Part shown: positions 29,301 to 41,300 of the stretch, piece by piece | Position numbering within the stretch: position 1 is the first letter of the stretch | How the letters are laid out: every line of letters starts with the position of its first letter | Origin: Squalus acanthias | Taxonomy: Eukaryota | Assembly (NCBI GenBank): GCA_030390025.1 | Contig: CM059432.1 | Span: 23,376,001-23,440,000, forward strand | Direction: 5' to 3' | DNA length: 64,000 nucleotides | Notes under the pieces: model-generated | The model's database searches: none | Told to the model about the DNA's origin: nothing | The model's input: the letters and a program-made list of their open reading frames with translations, nothing else | Made by a program: the position numbers and the translations under genes

Positions 29301-32300
29301 CAGTGGGTGTTTGCAATGAGCTTGCCAGACCAAACAATGTACTTCAAAAGGGCTATTTTTCAAGTATCATCTTCTTCTTAGGCAGTCCCTCGAAGTCATT
29401 TTTCAAGTATGAATTTCACAATAAGGCAATAATAGAAATATTCTTATTTCCATTAATCTAACAAATCAAATAAAGCAAATGAATAGAAAAAAACAGTTTT
29501 CAGACAAAAACTTTAAAGCCCCAGATCCAAGCACCAGTTATGTGTCGCTAGTTTATCAAAAACTTCGCTACTATTCACTGCAATATTCCTCCCTAAACCT
29601 CTCCGCCTCTCTTTCCTCCTTTAAGACGCTCTTTAAAACCTGCCTCTTTCACCAAGCTTTTGGTCATCCGCCCTAATATCTCCCTTATGTGGTTCAGTGT
29701 CAAATTTTATTTGATAACGCTCCTGTGAAGTGCCTTGGGGTGTTTTACTACATTAAAGGTGTTATACAAATACAAGTTGTTGTTGAACATTTCGAAGTGC
29801 TGACCCAACCAGTCAGTTTTCACTGGGCGCATTACAGAACTGACAAGCTCTGGAGGAATGTTCTGTGGCCTATCAAGTGATCTGAGGCACTTTCTTTCGA
29901 AAGAAGGAGTGGCCCGCTTAAAAATAAATTATATTATTTCATTAAAAAGTCATAAAATTGGAAAGCCCTGTACATTCTCCCTGCACTCCGCTACTGCATG
30001 GGATAGCGGAGTTGTCACTAACTGCCCTAGGGACTTCCTGTCACTACTGCTGTGCTGCTCTTCTTACAGGCCTCCTTCACTCCTTGCCAATCAGATCTTG
30101 TGCAGAAAGGCATATATACCTGCATCACCTGCCAGGTCGGAAACCTATGCAGAGCTCACAGATCTACCAGTCTTTCTTGAGGTAACTTAATTTCAATTTT
30201 GCTTCCAAAAACTATTTTTGTCGTCACTGCCTCTTTATGCCGCTGCAGACCTTTCAATTCCTCTGTAGTTCATGCCCCCTCAAATGGCGAGCTCCCAATG
30301 AGTGGCGTCCAGAAAGCTGGTAACTTGCTGTATTTATTTAAATTAAGCTTATTCCAAAAAATTGTGGCGGGATCAGGCCATGTCTGGTCAGGCAGCTACA
30401 AATCGCGGCCCATCATATTTCATCTCAGGATTTTGCCAAGCAGAAAATCTCGGCTCTCGTGTTTAACCCAGGGGTAGGCAGTTAGACATGCACCATTTCT
30501 AGTGTTTATCCCAGAGGTAACTACTCTACAGTTACCCTTCTACACTTGTAATAAGCATGAGGTAAGAATTTCTCTGGTCAGTATAAGTCATACTATCATA
30601 ACTGTATTTATAATTTTACCAGAAATATTGAACAGATGTAATCTTAATAAACACTCTTGCGATGTTACTATACTTAGTGAGGAGGGTAATTCTTAGCTCC
30701 ATGTTAGAGAAAAGTAGTAAAAAATAATCCTGACTGGGGAAGGCCTGATGCCTGTCCCACTTATCGGTAACGGATTTTACACAGAGGTCTTTCAACAGGC
30801 TTTAGGCCCTTACTTAATATATTCAAGCGGCCTAATGCCTGTTTTAGGCGGCCATCTAGGACGCCACGAATTTAGCAGTGGGTCCAACAACCGAAAAAAG
30901 GGCACAACACATACCAATTTCTAAAGGATCCTAATTTAAAAAACCTTAGTTACTCTGATAGGCTTAACAAGCTGGGTCAATTTACTCTAGAGCAGCGTAG
31001 ACTTAGAGGTAACTTGATAGGGATTTATAAAATAATGAAAGGGCTGTATTGCATGCCTACTGATAGATCATTCCAGTTTGACAGATTGGGGAGGACCAGG
31101 GAACATGTGTTTAATCTACGCAAAAGTAGGAATAGACTAGCGTAAGGAGTAGTAAGCCTCTGGAGTACATGGCCAGCTGGTGTTGTGGGTGCTGACTCTC
31201 TGCATGCCTTCAAGAGGGAGCTGGGACAGTTCTTGGCTGGGGCCGAGATCGCATTGTATAGAAGCTAAGTGGATTAACAGATAATGAAATGCATGGTCCA
31301 TGTGCTGTCCTGTACTGGTTTTGACTACCTGACAGGGTCAGAGAGGAATTTTATGGTACAGAACTCACAGGAATCCAACAGAAAGGCTTCTTCCAGCCCA
31401 GTGTGAGATTCAGCAACAAGCTACGAGTTGAATTTGTGGCAAAAAGGGGAAACAACTGCAAGGAGTTGGGCCCCAACCTATCACTAAACCCTGGAGAGGA
31501 AGCTTCTCGCACGAAGACCTCGATGAAGTACTTAAGTGGCAAATAAACATAGTGCATGGCATTGAAATTGGAGGTTTAGAAAATGGCTGATACATCACAA
31601 ACATAGGTTGTTCCATCATGCTGAAAACAGGCACCTGTTATATAATGGATGAGGAAAGGGTGAGATTTCGGACAACAGTTGCTGGAAAGTATTACCTGAA
31701 ATCTGAGTATGAGAACACACCATCATTTATCCAGGGTTCAGCAGCTATGATAATTGGATTGCACACAAGAAAGCAGCTGGTCCTGAAGCTCCACATGTAA
31801 AACTGGCGGGAACACCATTCAAATGAGGTATGATGTTTGTCCATGTTGCAATCAGATGGATGGCAATGCCTAGCTTGAGTTATGCTGCTCACCACATCAC
31901 TTATTACCTGCTGCCAACCTGCCGAGACCTTAAAACTGCACTTGAATGCTGTCTAATGATGAATTAGTGACCAGCCTTCTTGAGAGGGGAGGTAAGCAGA
32001 GTCTCTGTGGGTTCCATGGACACATCTGGCAATGGAAACTTGGAACCAAATCTACTTCCATGACAGACTCAACTTAATCCTATCCCTGAGCCAGGCAGCT
32101 CCACATTGACTGAGCAGCCAACTGGCTCACTACTTAAACCTGCAGGCACGGACCAGTCACTGAGGGCTGGGATTCTTCCCACTTGGCTCTAGATAAGCCT
32201 ACAAACAAGATCCTGGCTGGACAAAAACATGGGAAGCTTCCCAGTGCTTTGCACTGGTAGACCGTGTAATTTTAGCTAATTAAACTCCAGAGTTCAATTG

Positions 32301-35300
32301 GAAGTTCCTGAGCCTTAGCTCTGCCAACCTGCACCTAAACTCTCTAGACTTAGGCAAGTGCGGTATGTCCCTGAGGGGAAAGAGTGCACTCAATATTGGG
32401 CAAAGGGAAATTATACCAGCAAGGATTTCTCAGTAGTTTGATTTTAGACTAGATCAAAACAAACAAAATAGAAAGATTATCTCACCACTACTGATACTTT
32501 GGGGTTTGCATCCAGTCGTCCTATCAGAGTATCACCATCTACATTCACGGTGCCCTTTGGCTTAATGGGCTGGGATGCTACTCGATGGCAGTCCACGAAT
32601 AGGCTGACCGTATCCCTCTCCACACCCACCAGGATCTTATGCCAGTCAGTATCAAAGATCTGCGAAACCTCTTGGAAAATGGCTGATTGCAGGCTGCCGT
32701 CCACGCCGACTAAATAAAACTCCAAGGACTGGGTGTTGCCATTCAGCCTCAGGCCTACTTGCTCGTAGCCGCTTTCATCCACAATCTGCCACAAGTTCCA
32801 CACTTTATTAACCGTGTTTTTGACCATCCTGAAGGTGGTGACAAATGAATACTCTTCAGGCAGCCCTCGTGGGTAGATTATTCTGGAAGAAATCAAATAA
32901 TCACTTTACATTACATAGAGTAAAATTATTTAGTCTTTACAAATTGCCAGACTCATTTAATTAGTATGATCATTGTTTTCTTTATTTATCTTTTTCTCCA
33001 GTTTTTTTGTTTCTCGTTATTCTTTTTCTCCTGCTGTCACTAGCTCATGTTGACATACATTCCAGTGTGTTATCAGTATAGTATCAGAGCAGCCATTCTT
33101 CGTGTGAATGTTGGCGGACTGGTTATGCTCTTGGGTGGTTAAGCTCTTGCCTAATGTCCACAGACATGCACTTCTGCCAGAGATCTCTGGATAATGATCA
33201 ATAACAGGAAGCACAGCCATTTTCCCCTTGCAAGCCCAGGACTTTGAGACCAATTGTCCAATTTCTTTTAAAAGTTGAATGCAGCCCCTGAGGGCCAGAG
33301 ACAAGTGTTTTGGAAGGGATGGAGTGGTGGGTGGGGGGAGCGGGCAGCGACAAGGCACTCCCCCAGGCTGCATTCTATGGCAGTCCGGGGCAAGCAGACA
33401 CCCAAGATGCAACAATAGCGACATGGGTGCCCTGTTCAAATGAGGTGGCTTCCCACTTACCCTGCATACTCCGGGGGGGGTTCATAGATCCCAATTGTTG
33501 GGATACTTGCCTGAGTATGCTTAGGCCATGTATGTCTGCATGTGACGGAATGAATAAACCTGCAGGCAAGTGAAGGAACGTGGCAACACCCGAGCCTTTG
33601 AAAGCTGGCAATATGAGCATTTGCTGCATGAGGTGGGTACAAGGGAGGGCGATAAGAGGACAGCAGTGCACATTGCCTGTTAGACGATGGTGGCCAAGTA
33701 CTCAGGGGCCATCAACTACACCCCGGACTCTTGGAAGCCCTTCCTGGCTCTTGGGAAATGTTGTGTGTCCTGACGCGCTGATGCCTCCTTTCCTTGGGGA
33801 AGGTAATGATCGTGCTGGCCCTTGCAAACAAGAGCACAGAAATTGCAAACTCTGCTGTGGCACGAGATGTGCGATGGGGCGGGGTGGGTCTTCTGCCCGC
33901 TTCTTTTCCCTCACCTTGACCCTGTCACCAGGACAGGCCTATTTAAATGATAGGGCGCAGCCAGTACTACAGGGGCATCCGGCCAAGGGCCTGATGTGAT
34001 TTTGAAGTAGCACCTTCCTGCTTTGTTGGGAGGGGAGGGGTGCAGACCAGCATGGCCTATGTTCCAAAGCTTAGACCTCGCTGGTCCCATGCTAGTCTGC
34101 CTGTCTCCAAACATCAATCGGTCTCTCTTAGGTCAATTGCTGATTATGGCATTGGCGCACCCACATGCTGCCCTGTATGGCAAGTACACAGGAACCTGTT
34201 TCCACCCATTCCGGCAGCAATGAAAAGTTCTAATGGGGAGGAGCTGGCGCTTCTCCCTCCTTCGTGACTTCAGTTTTGGGGAGGCAATGGTGCGATGCTG
34301 GGCTTGCCCGCAAATCCCACCAGTTCCAACTACTATTGGGTCCGCAATGATAACTCCTGCAACCAAGGGATCGATTTGGCATATGTCACCACTGGTGTAA
34401 AAGTTTAATCCATGCCCAGAGGAAGAGTCAATGCCTGTGGAATAATTAGGCTACAGGTTATCCATCTCTCCTTCATAAAGGCAGAGCCAAGAGCAGAGCT
34501 CGACATATGTAAAATCATAGGCACTAATCCAGGCAATACACTGTGGCGATTCAAAAGTAAACTGTGAACTATATATTTTTGCACACCAGCACTCATATCA
34601 ATTTTAGGACAATCTATAGCAGTGTGGGACACCCACTTTAATTAGTGATGACAATTGGACAGTTGTAACATATATCAGAAGTTAGATTTATATCTGCTAC
34701 CTGAGAGCATGGAATCTCATTCAACATGAGGCCATCTGGCTATTAGACACATTCTCATCATTGGACCACGAGAGAGCTTGGACTCAAACTCAAAATCAGT
34801 GTTGCCCGCAACCATACACCTGGGAATTGTATGGGAATTCTCTGGTGCGAAACCAGTGGAACCCCCAGTGTTAACTGCCAAAAGCAGTCGTGTACCCCAT
34901 TTCTCCTCGGTTTCCGCTGATCTCCCACCAAAGTTACAGCAGGAGACTGGGAGAACCCTGCGGAATGTCAGGGCCATATCATTATTGGGCCGCCATAGAT
35001 AATGGACCTAACCTACTGTGAGACCACTATTAGACACCTATTCACAAATAGCCCACTCAAGCACATTCTCCTTCCAAGGAATCACTAGCAGATAGGAGCA
35101 AATTTACCTCTAGACACCCAGCAAGATACCAATAGCAACTGGACTCATAGTAGGACATTCAGCAGCAGCCAGTTACATTCACTGGGCCATTATAGATTGT
35201 GGACCTACATTCACCATATGATTCACCAGCAATTAGATACATACGCACCATGAGCATCAGGCTAAAAGACACAAGTATTTAGATGGATACTCAGCACTGG

Positions 35301-38300
35301 ACTAATGTGTAACCATAAATAGCACATCATATCATCTATACAATAGCAAAATACTGCGGATGCTGGAAAATTGAAACAACAACAGAAAACGCTGGAAAAA
35401 CTCAGCAGGCCAGGCAACATCCGTGGAGAGAGAAACAGAGTTAACGTTTCAGGTTGAAACCCTTCGTCAGAACTGAGAAAAAAGCAGGAAATAAAACAGA
35501 TAAAAAAGCAAGGGGGAGGCTGGGGGGAGGAATAAAAGAACAAAAGGGGTGGTCTATGGTAAGTAGAGACATTAAGAGATGCTCAAGGCAAGACGAGATG
35601 GTAATGGGACAGGTTAAGAAACAAAAGGTGGCTCAGAAGTGTAAAGTGTGAAATGCTGGCAGAATGAGAGACAGCTGCCGTGGGGGGAAGAGAGAGAAAT
35701 TTGCCTGTGTCTCTCATATGCCAGAAATGTACAAGTGCTTAAATTCCCACATATTAATAACAGCCTTTGTACAGTCAAATATTTTTCTGCAATCCTTTGT
35801 ATCTCACACTTAGGACTTAATGCATGTTTACAAAGAATAAGTTACATTCTTGCTGGATTACATCACCAAAGTTGACGTAAACATTTCAGCACATAGATTT
35901 TAGCATTTTTACTGATTTAAAAAAATTCTATAAGCTCTAAGATTTATTAAGTGGCAGCCACAGAATACCAATTATTGGGCCAGAATTTACTGTATAAATA
36001 AAGGTGAAGCTAACAGCGCTCACCGTTATTTATACACAAATCGGACAGAAAATTCAGGCGAGCGCAGATGCACAATTAAATGTGACAAACTGGAAGTTGC
36101 TGTCAGAGATGTGCCGCTCCGCCGCGAACTGCGCAAAGATGAAATCTCGCTGTCTAGCTCTCCATTCAAATATATTGAACGATATGAAGTTCCTGTACTT
36201 AAGTCATAGGTACAGACTAAACTCACCACAGAAAGTTAAGGCTTGTCAATTACAAGTACTCTTTTTAACGGTGTGATAGGTCTTAATTACTGCCAAAAAA
36301 CCTCTCTGCATTGAAAATTTACTTTTACAAGTGTGGAATCTCATTCCTTCAGATGTTAATTGTAATTTATTTAACTATAGTTATTTTATAAATGTGATGG
36401 TTTTTAAAAAAAAATTATTTTAAGTTTAGCTGTTCTTTTGGGGCTGATTTCAATTCACAGATTTGACAGGTCTCCTGTCAAATCTATGAATGAAAGATGG
36501 TCTGCTGCCATTGGCTCTCCATGGCCCACGTGATCCCAGGGGTCGCATCGCACTAACTGCGCCCCTGGAAAACGCAAGCACTGCGCGCCGGCAGTTGGGA
36601 GAGGCCCAGGACCCGAAGTTCCCGTGGGCCCAAAACACAACGGCAGGCGCGGTAGGTAAGAGCACGCGCGATTCTTACCCCCGCGGCAAGCCGGACACGC
36701 GAATTTCTGGGCCATTACCTTCCATTAGAGTAATCTCACTGACCAACATCACACGGTCCATTGTTGTGGGATTGTCATTCGCGGACTAATATTACATGTC
36801 CTGTAATAGTGCGATTGTGACTCATTGACTAATATTACATGTCCTGTAATCATAACTTATATTACACCTCCTGTAATAGTGAGACTGCCACTCACTAACC
36901 AATATTACAGTAGTACTAAAATTAAAAGTGAACGCAAATAGTAATATAGAGGCTAATTTTTGAACTGTTAATTATACAGATGGCCAGCATACTCGGCAGG
37001 TTAATGGCATGAATAAGCTAGCCGTGCTGTGGAGAAGAAATAGATGATGACTGGAATTTCCTCAGAGCTGCTCCCAGTCCACTGCTGTGACTTCACTGAA
37101 AACCCTTGTTTTCATGCATAAACGGCTTTTCCGCCACACTTCCAGCAAAGGAACAGTGGCAAAGAAGGAGCAGCTCCTAGGAAATTCTATAGCCAATGAT
37201 GTGAAGCAATGTTTTGTGTGTGGGGAAGTGGGGTGGAGGAAAATCTGGTTTACCCTCGGTCAGTAATGGCAACAAAACTCACCTTGACAGAGGAAACTAT
37301 TTCCAAATAGCAACGTCTAGCATGGGCTTGCTTGTGAGAAATGGAAAGAAAGATTATTTGTATTAAACACATTGGTGGATATTTTTACCATACCCAGGTT
37401 AAAACAGTGCTGTCCATAATCTTTAATCTTGGTAATTGCTTCCTATTAGTTTCCCTTTAAAATGAATTTGCAGAGACCAGGATTGCTGGTCAGGAGAGCT
37501 ACCTAAATGGGAACAAACCAAAGAAAATTCAACATGTGCGAACTCACACAGATTTTGACTATTCTTTCCTACCTTGTTGGAATTTCAAAGTTTGCCTCTC
37601 TGTCAAGTCTGAAGGCAATCTGAAGTGGTGTCGAACCTTCCACTCTCCTGACACCCCGCAGTGGAATGGTATCCAATTGGAATTGGGTAATGAGATCAAA
37701 TCCTGAGAGTACGGGGAAGCAAAAGAATATCAGATGGGTTTTCAGTCATTAAATGGGGCATCTCTAATGTCACTCTGCCCATTTTACTAAATGGGTTGTA
37801 GAACGTATATAAGGAATGTTTGGCATCACAACCAAGGAGTAACCATTACATTAATAGATGCTATGTATTATAAATGAAAGCCTTGACAACCGCACAATTC
37901 GAGATGATGGTTACAGCGTTGTCAGCAGTCAGCATACACTGCCAAGTCTGACGATTTGCAGCCTTTTTAAAACCTTCTGATTCACACAGGAATACTAAAT
38001 GTAGGTTTATCATGCAGATTAAAAACCTGCAAATTATGAGACTCATAAGCAAGCAACTCTGTGTTTGTAATAATTATTGATTGTTGCTCAAAACAGCACA
38101 GTGGCCAGGATATTCCTCCATGGCAGCCAGGTTCCCGTACTCATTGGCGGCAACACTCATCCCAGGGGACTTCAGGGGTCAGCCCCATTGTGAGATTTGT
38201 GGTAGGATTTCCACCTGCGTTGGAGAGCCCAACTGAGTGGGCGGGGAGGGAGAAAGAAAAATGGCTGCTGCAGGCCCTAGCAACTGCAGCAGCGGAGTGA

Positions 38301-41300
38301 GATTGGCTGCTGTGCAGCAGCTGATGAGGAGTTCACTTTCATATTTTTTTTAAATCAGGATCCCAAAGAGAATTTGAGGCCCTTCAAATTTCTTTTGCTC
38401 TGAATCTGTGCTAGAATCCACAGCCTGGATTGATACAAAGGGAGGGAAATTTGCTACGGCTCTTCGGGGGGGTTTAAACTAATTTGTCAGGGGGATGGGA
38501 AAAAAGGCTGTAGTCCACGAGCCAGTGGTGAGTGTAGGGAGGTACTGAGGAGGGTATCAAGGTCGCAGGAATGTACCGGCAGACAGGAAGATGGCTTGAA
38601 GTGTGTCTACTTCAATGCAAGGAGCATCCGGAATAAGGTAGGAGAACTTGGAGCGTGGATTGGTACTTGGGACTACGATGTGGTGGCCATTACGGAGACA
38701 TGGTTAGAACAGGGACAGGAATGGTTGTTGGAAGTTCCGGGGTATAGATGTTTCAGTAAGAGTAGGGAAGTTGGTAAGAAAGGTGGAGGAGTAGCATTGT
38801 TAATCAAGGATAGTTTAACAGCGGCAGAAAGGCAGTTCGAGGGGGATCTGCCGTCTGAGGTAATATGGGCTGAAGTTAGAAATAGGAAAGGAGCGGTCAC
38901 GTTGTTAGGAGTTTTCTACAGGCCCCCAAATAGTAATAAAGATGTGGAGGAAGAAATTGCAAAGCAGATTATGAATAGGTGTGGAGGTCACAGAGTAGTT
39001 GTCATGGGTGACTTCAACTTTCCAAATATTGATTGGAACCTTTATAGGTCAAACAGTTCGGATGGGATAGTTTTTGCACAGTGTGTGCAGGAGGGTTTCC
39101 TGACACAATATGTGGATAGGCCGACAAGAGGTGGGGCCACGTTGGATTTGGTACTGGGTAATGAACCGGGCCAAGTGTTTGATTTGTATGTGGGAGAGCA
39201 CTTTGGAGATAGTGACCACAATTCGGTAACTTTCACTATTGCAATGGAGAGGGATAGGGCCATACGGCAGGGCAGGGTTTATAATTGGGGGAGGGGTAAT
39301 TATGATGCGATTAGGCAAGAATTAGGGAGTATAAGATGGGAACAGAAACTATCAGGGAAAGGCACAAACGAAAAGTGGAGCTTTTTCATGGAGCAATTAC
39401 TGCGTGTCCTTGATAGGTATGTCCCTGTCAGGCAGGGAGGAAATGGCCGAGTGAGAGAACCATGGTTCACAAAAGAGGTTGAATGTCTAGTCAAGAGGAA
39501 AAAGGAAGCGTATGTAAGGATGAGAAAACAAGGTTCAGTTGGGTCGATTGAGGGGTACAAGGTAGCAAGGAATGAGCTAAAAAAAGAGCTTAGGAGAGCT
39601 AGGAGGGGGCATGAGAAGTCCTTGGCGGGTCGGATCAAGAAAAACCCCAAGGCTTTTTACACTTATGTGAGAAATAAAAGAATGACCAGGGTGAGGGTAG
39701 GGCCGGTCAAGGACAGTAGTGGGAACTTGTGCATGGAGTCAGAAGAGATAGGAGAGGTGATGAATGAATACTTTTCGTCAGTGTTCACCGAGGAGAGGGG
39801 CCATGTTCTTGAGGATGAGAGTGTGATAAAGGTGGATAGGCTGGAGGTGGTAGATGTTCTGAGGGAAGATGTTTTAGCAATTTTGAAGAACCTGAGGGTC
39901 GATAAGTCCCCTGGGCCAGATGGGATATATCCTAGGATTCTTTGGGAGGCAAGGGAGGAGATTGCAGAGCCTCTGGCTTTGATCTTTGGGTCCTCACTGT
40001 CCACGGGGATGGTGCCAGAGGACTGGAGAGTGGCGAATGTTGTTCCTCTCTTCAAGAAAGGAAATAGGAATGACCCTGGTAATTATAGGCCGGTTAGTCT
40101 TACTTCGGTGGTTGGTAAGATAATGGAAAAGGTCCTGAGGGATAGGATTTATGACCATTTGGAAAGGGGCAACTTAATCAGGGATAGTCAACACGGATTC
40201 GTTAAGGGTAAGTCTTGCCTAACAAATTTGATTGAATTCTTTGAGGAGGTAACTAAGTGTGTAGATGAAGGTAGAGCAGTTGATGTCGTATACATGGATT
40301 TTAGTAAGGCGTTTGATAAGGTTCCCCATGGTCGTCTCATGAAGAAAGTAAGGAGTTGTGGGATAGAGGGAAATTTGGCCGATTGGATAAGTAACTGGCT
40401 ATCTCATAGAAGGCAGAGGGTGGTGGTGGATGGAACATTTTCGGACTGGAGACCAGTTACCAGCGGTGTGCCACAGGGGTCGGTGCTGGGTCCTCTGCTG
40501 TTTGTGATTTTTATCAATGACTTGGAGGAGGGGACTGAAGGGTGGATCAGTAAATTTGCTGATGACACCAAGATTGGTGGAGTAGTGGATGAGGTGGAGG
40601 GCAGTTGTAGGCTGCAAAGAGACATTGATAGGATGCAGAGCTGGGCCGAAAAATGGCAGATGGAATTTAACCCTGATAAGTGCGAGGTGATTCATTTTGG
40701 TAGGGCAAATGTGAATAAGGATTACAGGGTCAACGGCAGGGTTCTGAGGAACGTGGAGGAGCAGAGGGATCTGGGGGTTCATATCCACAGATCTCTGAAG
40801 GTTGCCACTCAAGTGGATAGAGCAGTAAAGAAGGCCTATGGTGTGTTGGCGTTTATTAACAGAGGGTTTGAGTTTAAGAACCGTGAGGTTATGCTGCAAC
40901 TGTACAGGACCTTGGTGAGACCACATTTGGAATATTGTGTGCAGTTCTGGTCACCTCACTATAGGAAGGACGTGGAAGCATTGGAAAGAGTGCAAAGGAG
41001 ATTTACCAGGATGCTGCCTGGTTTGGGGGGGAGGTCTTATGAGGAAAGATTGAGGGAGTTGGGGCTTTTCTCTTTAGAGCGGAGGAGGATGAGAGGCGAC
41101 TTAATAGAGGTTTATAAGATGATGAGGGGGATAGATAGAGTGGATGTTCAGAGACTATTTCCTCGGGTAGAGGCAGCTGTTACAAGGGGGCATAACTATA
41201 AGGTGCATGGGGGGAGATATAGAAGGGATGTCCGAGGTAGATTCTTTACTCAGAGAGTGGTTGGGGTGTGGAATGGACTGCCTGCTGTGATAGTGGAGTC

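Noticed and set aside
33280..34370. Overlapping ORFs with faint transposase-like words (GTHVAI, LSILRQ)
   Set aside because: Motifs are out of order and too degraded; probably an old TE relic but not assignable.
38673..40926. Minus-strand ORFs inside the CR1
   Set aside because: Antisense shadows of ORF2.
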